The notes below the pieces were generated by a model that ran no database searches, was not told the origin of the DNA, and saw only the letters and a program-made list of their open reading frames with translations. A program made the position numbers and the translations under genes. Positions 27,322 to 37,023 of a stretch of 64,000 nucleotides of DNA are shown here, piece by piece. Source of the stretch: a virus (taxonomy: Duplodnaviria > Caudoviricetes); the IMG/VR virus record IMGVR_UViG_3300022744_000027, positions 1-64,000 of that record, one strand, 5' to 3'. The number at the start of each line of letters is the position of its first letter. The stretch's first letter is position 1.

Positions 27322-29939
27322 ACCGCAATGAACAACGGGCACCCGGGGTCGGTTTCGCGCACGCGAACACCATTCCGCTCGTTGCATCGCCCGTTATCGA
27401 ATGAAATACAGCGTCCGCACACGTCGCCGGACACCTGCAAAACCTCCTGAATGGCGTTGCTCAACGTCGGCGTGTACCGCTCAAGCACCACCTGCACCGA
27501 TGTCTCCTTGGGCTTTTCTGGCTCCGGCAGGATAAACATATTGGTGCCATACGCGCGGGCCCAAGCCACGTCGGCCAGCATATTTGCGTAGCTGGTGTGC
27601 GGGTCGATGCCGACTTTCACCACCCGGCGCTTAAACTTCTTCTCTTCCTCGTCCTTTTCCGCAATCAGCGCTGTGCGCGTGAAGTGGAAGAACGCGTACT
27701 CCTTGCACACAGCGGCCATCCGCCATTTGCCCTTCTCCAGAACCTCCTGCACCAGCCCATCGGGGTCAGGGAACAGGCAGAGCTTTTTCTGGAACCGGCC
27801 CATGGAAACCTGCATGCACTTGTACTGGTCGAGCGTGACGGTGTAGCGGTCCCGCAATTCCTCGTCGGTCCGGCGCTCGCTGGTGTCCAGCTTGGGCGCG
27901 TCTCCCCAGCGCAGCATGTCGCCTTCCATGTTGCCGTATCCGGCCAGGAACACGCGGCCGTCATGGCGGCGGGCAAACGACTTGGCGTTGTCGTAGTTTG
28001 GCAGCGTTTCCACCACGCAGCACTGCACACCATAGGTCGACATCAGCTCGTCGCACCGGTCCCATGGCGAGGCCTCGGGGTCGTCCTTCGTTGGCGCGCG
28101 GAAGATGTACTCCATGTGCAGCACGGCCTGGCGACCGTCTGGCAGCCGCTCCTTGATGATGGCCACAATAAAGGAGCCCATCTGGTCGAGCCCCATGAAG
28201 GTGCCCCTGCCGTTGCGCCGCCACTGGAGCCCGTACTCCACGCCCACGCGGGCGCACTCGTTGAGCATTTCCAGGTTCACCGGCACCTGTGACGGGTCGG
28301 TGTAGGGCTTGCCCAGCTTACGGTTAAAAAAGTTCTTCATGTCGTCGGCGTTGTGGTACGCCTCGATGATGTCCCGGGGGCTGATTGTGGGCGACAGGAA
28401 CTGCGGGAAGTGCACCGAGCGAATCTCGGCATCCGGCGCCTTTGCGATCCACTGGCCGATCTGCGGGTCGTCAATCCACCCTTGGCACGACACGCACCGG
28501 TAGCGGTACTCGCCACGGGCAGCGCCGCCCTCGCGCTGCAGCAGCCGCGGCGCATCGGCGTCGTAGCCGATACACTGGGGGAAGTTCTCGTCCAGCACCT
28601 GTAGCATCGCGCAGTGCGGGCACTCGGTGTGGAACTGGTGCTGGGTGCCCTTTTTGTACCAGAAGTGAATGTCGGAATCCGGCCAGTTGGCCGTGGAGCC
28701 CATGAGCGTGTACCGCAGCGCCGAGGCCGACATACGCTCGCGGGTTTTCTCCATGTCCGCGATTGCCATCTCCTGCACCTCGTCAAACGAGACGACATCC
28801 ATGGGGAAGGATTCGGTCGCGGTCTTGCCGGTGGTCCACAGGAAGTGAAACCGGGACGAACCCAAGTTGCGAATAAGGATGTTGCCCTCGCCGCCACGGC
28901 CGCCGGATGCCTGCTTCTCGGTCATCAGAGCGTACACGTCGGGTACCGTCCGCACGATGGGCATGAAGCGCTCGCTCGACTTGCCAGAGGCCAGCATCTG
29001 CGACGGCATAAACATGCCGATCTTGGCCGGCGAGAACCGCATGGCCAGGTAGATCATGGCCAGCATTTCCATAACGGTGAAGCCCACCTGGGTGCACTTC
29101 ATGATCACGTCGGTGCGGTTGAAGGCGTCCTCAATCGTGGCGGGGATGAGCTCGTAAATGAACCGCATCGCCGGGCGGTCGGACAGCGTGAATGGCCGGC
29201 CGTCAACCTTGAGCCCTTCGGCTTCCAGCCGCTCGCACCACTGCAGGAACGTCTCGCCGGGCTTGAGTGAGCGCTGCTCTTGGGTGAACTCGACGGCCAC
29301 ATCAAAGAACTCAGCACCAAACCGCTGGCGCTGCTCCAGCTCGGTACCCAGCGACGCGGCCAGGCGCGCCTCTTCGGGCAGGTGCGGATTGCAGAAGCTG
29401 TCGAATTGCCACACCGACCAGTCGGGGTCTGTCTGGCCGAGCCGGCACAGCCGGTAGAAGTCGTTGCGCTTGCCGAACGCCCCGGACAGGAACCATGCGT
29501 CGCCGTTGTAGACCTTCAGCATGGGGCGAAGCACGTCCTCCCACAGATTGAGCAGGCCCTCCACGAGCCGGGCGTCGTCCACCACGATCAGTCCGTATTG
29601 CTCGAACAGCTCTTGGGGCTTTTCCATGCTGTAGAAGTCAATGAACCCGCCGGACACCAGCTCCAGTCGGCGTGCATTTACGCGGCGCTTGATAAGCGGG
29701 TCGATGGCCCGCATCACCTGGCGGCGGGCCTCAATCATGGCGTCGTCGGTGGGTGAGAACCACGCCACCGGCTTCTTGCTGTTGAGCGCGCCCTTGGGGC
29801 TGGCAAGCAACACCTCGATGCCGAGCGTTGTCTTACCGAACTGCTCACCGGCGGCAACGGCGTTATACCGGCTGGCCCGCGCCAGCGCCTTCTGTTGCGC
29901 GGCGTGGGGGGTTGGGAGGGATATTTTTACTTTAGCCAT
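27318..29939 (-). CDS. Terminase large subunit (GpA-like) with an extra N-terminal terminase-type ATPase domain
   Basis: Domain 1: GEQFGKT...LIVVDDA. Domain 2: MKCTQVGFT...VSFDEV, ECPHC, CVSC, FFNRKLGKPY and nuclease MGLDQ. Confidence 0.9.
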   Translation of the reverse strand: MAKVKISLPTPHAAQQKALARASRYNAVAAGEQFGKTTLGIEVLLASPKGALNSKKPVAWFSPTDDAMIEARRQVMRAIDPLIKRRVNARRLELVSGGFIDFYSMEKPQELFEQYGLIVVDDARLVEGLLNLWEDVLRPMLKVYNGDAWFLSGAFGKRNDFYRLCRLGQTDPDWSVWQFDSFCNPHLPEEARLAASLGTELEQRQRFGAEFFDVAVEFTQEQRSLKPGETFLQWCERLEAEGLKVDGRPFTLSDRPAMRFIYELIPATIEDAFNRTDVIMKCTQVGFTVMEMLAMIYLAMRFSPAKIGMFMPSQMLASGKSSERFMPIVRTVPDVYALMTEKQASGGRGGEGNILIRNLGSSRFHFLWTTGKTATESFPMDVVSFDEVQEMAIADMEKTRERMSASALRYTLMGSTANWPDSDIHFWYKKGTQHQFHTECPHCAMLQVLDENFPQCIGYDADAPRLLQREGGAARGEYRYRCVSCQGWIDDPQIGQWIAKAPDAEIRSVHFPQFLSPTISPRDIIEAYHNADDMKNFFNRKLGKPYTDPSQVPVNLEMLNECARVGVEYGLQWRRNGRGTFMGLDQMGSFIVAIIKERLPDGRQAVLHMEYIFRAPTKDDPEASPWDRCDELMSTYGVQCCVVETLPNYDNAKSFARRHDGRVFLAGYGNMEGDMLRWGDAPKLDTSERRTDEELRDRYTVTLDQYKCMQVSMGRFQKKLCLFPDPDGLVQEVLEKGKWRMAAVCKEYAFFHFTRTALIAEKDEEEKKFKRRVVKVGIDPHTSYANMLADVAWARAYGTNMFILPEPEKPKETSVQVVLERYTPTLSNAIQEVLQVSGDVCGRCISFDNGRCNERNGVRVRETDPGCPLFIAV

Positions 29940-29991
29940 GTGCCAATGATAAAGCCCGCGCGAGGCGGGCTGTTGCGGGGATGCGGAACGG

Positions 29992-30729
29992 TCAGTCGTT
30001 CATCAAGTGGCCGGAGTGGGTCACCCATGCGCGAGACTCCGCGTCGTCGCCTTTGTGGGCGTACTCGTAAGACGCCTCGCCGGTCTTGTTGTTCTTGCCG
30101 GACTTGCCGGTGAACGAGAAAGTCTTGCCTTCATGGTGGACCGTGTGGTCGCCCTTGCCATTGCTAGGAGGCTCGAACCCGCCAACGTGATGCGTGGAGC
30201 CATCGTCCTTCTTGGCGGACAGCTTCTCGCTGGACTTCGCCTGCATCGGCCACTTTTCAGAGCCGACATTTACGGTCTTGGTGGGAGCGGCAGAGCCGGT
30301 CTTCTGGTCGGCCTTTTTCACAGGCAGCGCCAGGCGGGGCTCCGGCTTGGAGGCAGGAGCTGCATCCGTAGGCTTTTCGTCACCCGGCCGCACATGCTTG
30401 TAACCATTTCTACCCATGCGCTGCGAGTCGGCGCCATTGACCACGACATGGTATCCGTGATCGGGGTGCGACATAACAAAAGCACCACCCTTGGAGGAAG
30501 CGGCCCTATTAGCGAACCTGTGAGCAGCGCCAGACGTCGAGAACGCTGCCACACCTGACCGAGACTTTGCACCAGCGGAGACAGCATGAGCCACGGCCGG
30601 GTGCACAGGATCGGCAGCCGCTGCAACCCGCTTGTCGTCATGCGCCTGCACCACAACGCCATCTTTGCGTGTGTAGGAATCGACGTGAGACTTCAGCAGA
30701 TCAGCGCTGACGATAAGGATTTTTGACAT
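29992..30729 (-). CDS. Putative internal virion protein (basic, 245 aa)
   Basis: LLKS-HVDSYTRKDG N-terminal motif; late promoter and GGAG SD. Confidence 0.7.
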   Translation of the reverse strand: MSKILIVSADLLKSHVDSYTRKDGVVVQAHDDKRVAAAADPVHPAVAHAVSAGAKSRSGVAAFSTSGAAHRFANRAASSKGGAFVMSHPDHGYHVVVNGADSQRMGRNGYKHVRPGDEKPTDAAPASKPEPRLALPVKKADQKTGSAAPTKTVNVGSEKWPMQAKSSEKLSAKKDDGSTHHVGGFEPPSNGKGDHTVHHEGKTFSFTGKSGKNNKTGEASYEYAHKGDDAESRAWVTHSGHLMND

Positions 30730-30750
30730 GGTGGCTCCAGAATTCCCGAC

Positions 30751-30766
30751 AGTATGCGGTCACGAC
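30751..30766 (-). promoter_or_regulatory. Late promoter motif (leadered)
   Basis: GTCGTGAC-CG-CATACT-GTCGGG-A...GGAG...ATG(30729). Confidence 0.7.
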
Positions 30767-31101
30767 GCGCGCTGCGGGCGACCGGTGTAGGGGGCTGTGG
30801 GCTGGAGGCGGGCGTGGACGTTCCAGAATTGGTTGTAAGCCGAGTGCAGATCGTCATCGCGCACCGAATTTTTGAAGTTTTCGTACTGAATGCCCATGAT
30901 CTCAGCAGAGATAACCTCTGCAACACGGGCGCGAGGCAAAACAGCGCGAAACGCGTAGTCGGTATTGGTGGACTTAACCACCTTGCAACCAGGAAACACG
31001 GCCTCCAAGTCGCCGGGGCGACGAGCCCTGACAACTAACTCATTGGGCTTGCACCCCTTGTGCACGGCGCTGAAAAATCCACGGTTGGTACATATCCACA
31101 T
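30760..31101 (-). CDS. Hypothetical protein (113 aa)
   Basis: ATG 31101 with AGGAG SD; MWI.T..GF.S.V...VRAR...DL...TDY.FR...Y.NFK pattern. Confidence 0.75.
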   Translation of the reverse strand: MWICTNRGFFSAVHKGCKPNELVVRARRPGDLEAVFPGCKVVKSTNTDYAFRAVLPRARVAEVISAEIMGIQYENFKNSVRDDDLHSAYNQFWNVHARLQPTAPYTGRPQRAS

Positions 31102-31130
31102 GAGAACACTCCTAAAAAATTGGTGATGCA

Positions 31131-31151
31131 ATATTACATCAACAATTTTGC
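31131..31151 (-). promoter_or_regulatory. Early-type promoter/operator
   Basis: GCAAAATTGTTGA-TG-TAATAT-T-GCATC. Confidence 0.55.
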
Positions 31152-31165
31152 GGTGTGTCGCTCTT

Positions 31166-31981
31166 TCAAAACAATTTTTTACTTCCGGTCCACTTCGCCT
31201 GCGGCTGCGGCTCGGGCTTCTTGGGTGCCGGGCCAGCGCCAACAGCCTCAGCCACCGGGTGATCGGCGTGGCCATTCAAGAGCTCGTACAGGTTACCCTT
31301 GGGGCAGAGGTGCACGGCCTGTGTTTCCCAGCCTGCATCCGTGGGGTCGCCACCCACGCGCACGGCGCGGTACATGCGGGCCTTTGACGTGGTGCGGTCG
31401 AAGTCACCGATAAATCCGGTGATGCGAACGCGGAGCCCGACTTCCTCGAAGCACTCCTTCAGCGCATTCGCTTGCAGCGAGAGCCCCTTCTCCGCCGTGC
31501 CCTTGGGTAGCGTGGCGTGATACCCACCGAAGGCGTTTGTCGGCGCGCAGAGCCACACGCGGCCGTCCGGTTCTTCCACCACCACTCCAGCGCCAACGGA
31601 CTTGCCCTGGGCCACGTGGAACGCGGGCTCTTCGAGGTCGTCATTTATTCCGTCGCAGTAATCCCACCCCTCGGCGGTAGTCGGCGCATCGCGCCAGCGG
31701 CGAAACGGCACGCCGTTCAACTCGCGGGGCACGTCGCCACCAGGCACGAACGTGGCCACGGCGTCGGGGTTGTCCCAAGTGGACTCGGCCGACGGATGGT
31801 GCGGGGCCTTGACCAGCACGGCCTCGCCCTTTTCGCCCGGCTTCGGATGATGGTGCGGTGGCAGCGGCTCGTGGCCGTTGCGGTCATACGGGCGGACGTA
31901 GTGCTCGCCACGCATGTGCCCCTTGACGTGGGCCTTGGCGAGATCGTCGCCGAACTCCAGTACGGCATCAGTCATTGCCAA
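31166..31981 (-). CDS. Nudix hydrolase
   Basis: Nudix box PKGTAEKGLSLQANALKECFEEVGL; EPDGRVWL..PTNAFGGY. Confidence 0.9.
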   Translation of the reverse strand: MAMTDAVLEFGDDLAKAHVKGHMRGEHYVRPYDRNGHEPLPPHHHPKPGEKGEAVLVKAPHHPSAESTWDNPDAVATFVPGGDVPRELNGVPFRRWRDAPTTAEGWDYCDGINDDLEEPAFHVAQGKSVGAGVVVEEPDGRVWLCAPTNAFGGYHATLPKGTAEKGLSLQANALKECFEEVGLRVRITGFIGDFDRTTSKARMYRAVRVGGDPTDAGWETQAVHLCPKGNLYELLNGHADHPVAEAVGAGPAPKKPEPQPQAKWTGSKKLF

Positions 31982-32468
31982 CCACCCCCGTCAACGCCAT
32001 AGAAATCGACCGCACGGCCGCCACCAAGGTCTGCTCTGTTTCCTCTGCTGGCGCACCAGCGGACGCCTCGCGCAACAGGTCGTAGACCGAATGCACGAAC
32101 ACGGCGAATGCTTGGGCAACCAGCTGCACATCGTCCTCGTCCGGTACCAGCTCCCGCTCCATGCGATTGCGCAGGTGATCGGCCAGCTGCTTACCCGTCC
32201 AGTTGCGCACGGGCGCATAGGCGGGGTCCGCACCAGTGAACACCCCGGCGAGTTTCAGGCACTGCGCCCGGTCGGCTTCAGCGGCATCGCTTGGCGTGAG
32301 CACGCCGTGCCCCACCTCGTCAAACCGCGTGATTACCTCAGATGCGAAGCCGCGCACGATACGCTCGACCTCCCGAATGTCGCCCAGGAACGGGCGGCCA
32401 TCGGTGGCGGCCTTCAGGGACTCAAGAAGGCCGGATGGGTCGGTGTGGCGGTCAAGTTTGTCGGTCAT
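31968..32468 (-). CDS. Hypothetical helical protein (166 aa)
   Basis: Lies between the ART fusion and Nudix genes, tightly coupled. Confidence 0.75.
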   Translation of the reverse strand: MTDKLDRHTDPSGLLESLKAATDGRPFLGDIREVERIVRGFASEVITRFDEVGHGVLTPSDAAEADRAQCLKLAGVFTGADPAYAPVRNWTGKQLADHLRNRMERELVPDEDDVQLVAQAFAVFVHSVYDLLREASAGAPAEETEQTLVAAVRSISMALTGVVGND

Positions 32469-32475
32469 TTTTTAT

Positions 32476-35400
32476 TCACTCGGTTGGCAGAATAACAGCT
32501 TCGATCACGTGGCTTGACGATTTGCCAAACCCGTCCGCATCGCCGTCCTTGCCTTTTACAGACAGGATCATAAGGCGAGTTCCAGGCGGCAGGATCATCT
32601 CATCCTCGCCGGAGTTCGAAGATAAAGCACCACCACCAGCAATCGAGTGGTGCCCGACCCATAAACCCTTCACGCCGGGGCCCACGTGTAGCTTCAGGTG
32701 CACGTTTCCGTGCCACGAAGACGGACGGATCGACGTGGACATGATCGCTGGCTCCTGAAGAATTTTCCCCGAGGACTTCAGCAGCTGATCAAGGTCACTG
32801 CCGTGCAGCGAAATCTTGCGCGACAGGACAGTGCCCGGTGCAATATCATGCCCCAGCGTTTTCAAAGCCTCTCCGGCAGCCTTTGCCGCGCCGCTGGGGT
32901 TGCCATCCCACAGCGAGCCATTCATGGCTTTATACGAGCTGCCAGTGTAACTCTTGACCGCCTGCTTTTGCGTGGCGGGCATTTTTGCAATCGCGGCTTG
33001 GGCCTGTTTGGCATAGGTCTGAGCAGAAAGCGCGCCCCCACCCTCTGCGTGCTTGATTTTTTCCGGCAGGCCCAAATCCGCCAGATTCACCGCCCCGGGC
33101 TCGCCGAGCACAATAAACTTGCCGAGCTTTTGCGCGACAGAGCTGGAAGCCGGACCAGTAAACGCGGGGTACGCAGCATTCAGCGAGTGCAGCGGGTGGC
33201 CACCGTCAAACCTGAACTTCTTGGGCGGGTTTAGCTGGTAGTTGATCTCGTTGACGGCCTGCTGGGCGTAGCCCTTCACGTGCTGGCTCGGGTGCTCCAG
33301 CACAGGCTTCTCGCCGGTGACATGGCCGGTGTCCTTGTCGTAGACCTTGGCCTTCAGGCCTTTGATGGCGTCCAGGTCGCCCGTCTTGGCGGCGGCGAAA
33401 ACCGCCTGCACGGCTTCCTCGTTGGCTTTGTTGAGAAACTCCTTCGAGGACGGACCAGAGCTGCCATTGCCGCCCCAGTTGAGGAAGGACGGCGGCGCGC
33501 TAATGTCTTCGGGCTTGAAGACCGGGGCCTTCTTCTTCTTGACGGCTGCGGGAAACCGCTTCGCTAGGTCGGCTTTGCGGGCAATCAGCGTCTCGGCCAA
33601 CTTCGTCTTGGCTGCGGCATCGCCGGGCCCGTACTGGTTGACCATGGCGCGAATGGCCACGTCGCTGATGGCCAGCACCTTTGCCGCGCTGGCGGTCAGG
33701 TCGGCCTTGGTCATGCCCTTGAAGACAGACGCGGCCTGCGGGTTTTTGCCCGCGTCCAGCAGGGTGTCGAGCTCGTCCACCTTGGAGCCAAAAGGCTTCT
33801 TCTCGCCTTGGGCGCGGTATTCGAGCGAGCCACCGGCATCCACGCGGTGGGCCTTGCCGTCGGGGCCAACCTGCAGGTTGTCGTAGCCGAGGCCGACCAC
33901 GTCCCAGTTGCCCAGCCATGCGTCGACCGCGAAACCGGCCTGCGCGCCGTCAACCTTGGCAAGCGCGCCAGGAGTGGCGGCCTTTTTGATGTCCACCCAC
34001 TTTGAGGCAATCCCGACCTTGCCGCCCTTGGTGACCAGCACAGCGTCCTGGCTGGACAAGCCCGCGAGGGCGTACAGCTTGGCCGCGAGCACTTCGGACT
34101 TGGCGGTGTCGGCGTCGGCAGGGAATTTGCAGTACCACTCCTGCCCGCTTTGGTCTTTGAACTTGCCGCCGGGGTTGGAGCCGCCCTGCCCGCCGGTTTG
34201 AGCCCATCCGTCCATGGGGAGCATGCCGCCAGCGGAGATGGGGGCGGAGGCAGCTGGGGCCGCGGGAGCTGACGGAGCTGCGGGAGCGGCGGGCTTCGCA
34301 CCAACGCCACCCGTCATGGCGTCGATCAGCGCCTGAGCAACCTTTTTCGATGCGGGCTTTCCCTTCGATTCGTTGTCAATCCACGCCTGCAGGCCAGCAA
34401 CATCACCGGCCACTGCCATCGCTTTGAATTTGTCCTTGTTCCCGGTTGCTGTTTTTGCGGCAACGGAGGCCATGATCTTGATTGCGTGGCCTGGCTTGAG
34501 GGCTTTGGTGGATGGCGCCTGCACGGTGGCTGGGGCTGCAGGCTGGTACGACGGGTCGAGCTTTTGCAGCGCCGCATCTGGCGGGATGGGGTATCCCATC
34601 GCCTTCATCTGGGGGAGAATTTCGGCGAGCGTTTCGCCCGGAATGGTGTCGGGCTCGGAGAACGAGCCATCCGTCACGCCAAATTCAAACCCGTCATCGC
34701 CGCCTCCGGCGAGGTAATAACCTTTCCCGTCTTTCTCAAATTCCAGCGATGGGTTGCCATCTAGGCCGGGATTGGATGCCGAGTGGGCCCACCCACCCAT
34801 GCCGTCGTCCTGCTTGACCCAGTGCCCATTTTTGAACACCAGCATGCCGTCGGCGCCAGGCTTGGTGTCGCCTTCCTTGGGGCCCTGCTCCACGGTGGTG
34901 GGCGCGGCCTGGGAAGCCCGCTGAGGCTTCGTCCCAGCCAGCGCGTGCCCTTGCAGCTTGTGCGCTTTCTGCTGGGCTGCCTCCAAAGCGTCATCGTAGT
35001 CTTCGTCCGTTTGATTTTCTGCCGGCATACTCTCGTTCACGGCATCCATGAAGTATTCCATGGCGGCGTCCGGGTCGTGGTCCGTCAGCGCCTCGTAGGC
35101 CTCGGCCTGCGCCTTGGTTGGCACTTTCCCAGCGGAGATTGCGGCCTTCCACTCGCTGACGACGGGGTATGGGTCGGCGGCTGGCGGTGGCGGTACCGCA
35201 GACGCAGCCATCATCGACAAGGCGTGCGAGGCGGCGGTCTTGAGCGCGGGGTTTGCTGCGTTCTTTGCCAGCTGCTGCAGGGTCTCGGTTGAACCCGCTC
35301 CAATTGCATCCTTGAGCAGCTTGGACTCGGCGTCTGACAAGCCGTCCAGTGAGACGCCAGCGCCAGCCGGAGCGGGCTGCACAGGCACAGCAGCCGTCGC

Positions 35401-37017
35401 GCCCTCCACACCCAACCCAGCCAGGGCGGTCTGAGCCGTGAGCGCCTGCTTCTTGGCGTAGGTCTGCTTGGCTCCGGCCTTCGAGTCGATAAAGGCCTGC
35501 AGCCCGGCGGTGTCGCCAGCGAAGGCCATGGCCTCGATTTTTGCCAGCGCGGCGTTGTGGCTCTTGGCGTTGGTGTTTTCGGCGGGCAGCTTCAGCTTGA
35601 ACCACGGGATGGATTGCAGGTTCTGCAGCTGCTGGGCGGAGAGTGCGCCAGGGGTGGTGGCGGCCGGCTTTTGAGCAAGCAACGACGAAATGTAATCTTT
35701 GACCGACTGCTTTAGCCCAGCCTCTGGCGACATCCACTCCTCAAGCTCCGACCACTCACCCTTGGAGGCGAGCTTGTCAAACATGGCCTTAGAGCTGGGC
35801 GTCATCACGAACGCGCCGCCCTGCGTTTTCCAGTGGCCGTCCTTGAGTACCATCGTGGAGCCGTTTGCCCCGGGTTTTGTGTCGCCCTCTTTCGGACCGG
35901 TGTCAGTCACCTGCACACCCATGGCGCCTGCCACAGCGGCCATGGCAGCGGCAGCGCCGTGCCAGCCTTTGTCGAGCGCCTGCTTATGCGCGACCTTGAT
36001 GCCGTCGGCGTCGCCATTCATGGCGGAGTCGTGAGCCAGCTTTCCGGTTGGGGTAGACAGCGAAAAGCCCATCGCTCCATCACCGGGCAGGTCGGTGTGC
36101 GCGGCCTTTATTTCCTCGGGGGTCAGCTTTTTAACAGCCGACTCCACAAACGGCTTGGCCGTGCCTTTTTCGATAGCGGTATGCAGCGAGGACTTGGGGA
36201 TTGCGACGGTATTCTTCTGGCCGGGCACCTTGGCGCCCAGCTTATTCAGGTAATACTGGTCCTCGTTTTGGTTGTAGACCACCCACTTGCCGGCGTTCAT
36301 CTTCTCGTACTGGCTGGAGAACTCGAAGACGGTGCCGGTCGAAACATTTGCCTGCTTCTCAGCCAGAACCTTCTGCGCGTAGGCCACGATGTGCGGGTTG
36401 TGCGCGTTGTTGGCGATCACAGCCTCAAGCAAGTCATGCGACCCGGCGTCAATCGTGGCCTTGGTCTTGGGAGGGATTGGCGCAGAGGCGGCGGGCTCGG
36501 CTGGCTCCGCAGCCTTCGGTGCCAGGTGCTCAGGCAGTCCAGTCGGATGCGGGTCGGCGGGCTCGGCCACCTGGGCGGCGGCGTGGGTACCGGGTTTCTG
36601 GCCCGGGGTGACGGTGTGCGCAGAGCCGTGAAGACCAAGCAAGTGGTTGGCAATCTTCGCCAACTTCTGCCCATAGGTATTCGACCCAAACGACGCACCA
36701 ACGATGGCCGTCACATCACCAGCGTCAGACCACGCGCGCAGCTTTTCCAGCGCCTTATTGAAAACGGGCGCGTTCACATTCGAGTCCGGCAGCTTCAGCG
36801 CGGACCATTGGTCGTCGGTAAAGTGCGCGGCGGCCTCGTGGTGCCCGGCAGACTTGGGATGCGCGGCGACCGGCGCGCCCTTGGGGGCTGGTGCGTCGTG
36901 GGTGATCTTCCGCCACCGGGGAGGGTTGCCGTAAAGAGCGTACCCACCCTTATGGGCAATCGAGGTGCCGGTGCCGGGTCCGGATTTCAGCAGCAGGATG
37001 AGACGCGGTGTGTTCAT
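32476..37017 (-). CDS. Large multidomain protein: repeats, PI3/4K/HipA-like kinase and VIP2/Alt-like ADP-ribosyltransferase
   Basis: Kinase (~33550-34215): GGQGGSNPGG, WYCKF, SEVLA, NWDVVG..DN, RVDAGGSL. ART (~32476-33000): YTG.SY..MN, LSRK, MSTS, EDEMILP. Confidence 0.85.
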   Translation of the reverse strand: MNTPRLILLLKSGPGTGTSIAHKGGYALYGNPPRWRKITHDAPAPKGAPVAAHPKSAGHHEAAAHFTDDQWSALKLPDSNVNAPVFNKALEKLRAWSDAGDVTAIVGASFGSNTYGQKLAKIANHLLGLHGSAHTVTPGQKPGTHAAAQVAEPADPHPTGLPEHLAPKAAEPAEPAASAPIPPKTKATIDAGSHDLLEAVIANNAHNPHIVAYAQKVLAEKQANVSTGTVFEFSSQYEKMNAGKWVVYNQNEDQYYLNKLGAKVPGQKNTVAIPKSSLHTAIEKGTAKPFVESAVKKLTPEEIKAAHTDLPGDGAMGFSLSTPTGKLAHDSAMNGDADGIKVAHKQALDKGWHGAAAAMAAVAGAMGVQVTDTGPKEGDTKPGANGSTMVLKDGHWKTQGGAFVMTPSSKAMFDKLASKGEWSELEEWMSPEAGLKQSVKDYISSLLAQKPAATTPGALSAQQLQNLQSIPWFKLKLPAENTNAKSHNAALAKIEAMAFAGDTAGLQAFIDSKAGAKQTYAKKQALTAQTALAGLGVEGATAAVPVQPAPAGAGVSLDGLSDAESKLLKDAIGAGSTETLQQLAKNAANPALKTAASHALSMMAASAVPPPPAADPYPVVSEWKAAISAGKVPTKAQAEAYEALTDHDPDAAMEYFMDAVNESMPAENQTDEDYDDALEAAQQKAHKLQGHALAGTKPQRASQAAPTTVEQGPKEGDTKPGADGMLVFKNGHWVKQDDGMGGWAHSASNPGLDGNPSLEFEKDGKGYYLAGGGDDGFEFGVTDGSFSEPDTIPGETLAEILPQMKAMGYPIPPDAALQKLDPSYQPAAPATVQAPSTKALKPGHAIKIMASVAAKTATGNKDKFKAMAVAGDVAGLQAWIDNESKGKPASKKVAQALIDAMTGGVGAKPAAPAAPSAPAAPAASAPISAGGMLPMDGWAQTGGQGGSNPGGKFKDQSGQEWYCKFPADADTAKSEVLAAKLYALAGLSSQDAVLVTKGGKVGIASKWVDIKKAATPGALAKVDGAQAGFAVDAWLGNWDVVGLGYDNLQVGPDGKAHRVDAGGSLEYRAQGEKKPFGSKVDELDTLLDAGKNPQAASVFKGMTKADLTASAAKVLAISDVAIRAMVNQYGPGDAAAKTKLAETLIARKADLAKRFPAAVKKKKAPVFKPEDISAPPSFLNWGGNGSSGPSSKEFLNKANEEAVQAVFAAAKTGDLDAIKGLKAKVYDKDTGHVTGEKPVLEHPSQHVKGYAQQAVNEINYQLNPPKKFRFDGGHPLHSLNAAYPAFTGPASSSVAQKLGKFIVLGEPGAVNLADLGLPEKIKHAEGGGALSAQTYAKQAQAAIAKMPATQKQAVKSYTGSSYKAMNGSLWDGNPSGAAKAAGEALKTLGHDIAPGTVLSRKISLHGSDLDQLLKSSGKILQEPAIMSTSIRPSSWHGNVHLKLHVGPGVKGLWVGHHSIAGGGALSSNSGEDEMILPPGTRLMILSVKGKDGDADGFGKSSSHVIEAVILPTE

Positions 37018-37023
37018 CCGCGC

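Noticed and set aside
30760-31275. 171-aa version of the ORF in the track
   Set aside because: Overlaps the Nudix gene; ATG 31101 has a strong SD and its own promoter, so the 113-aa form was used.
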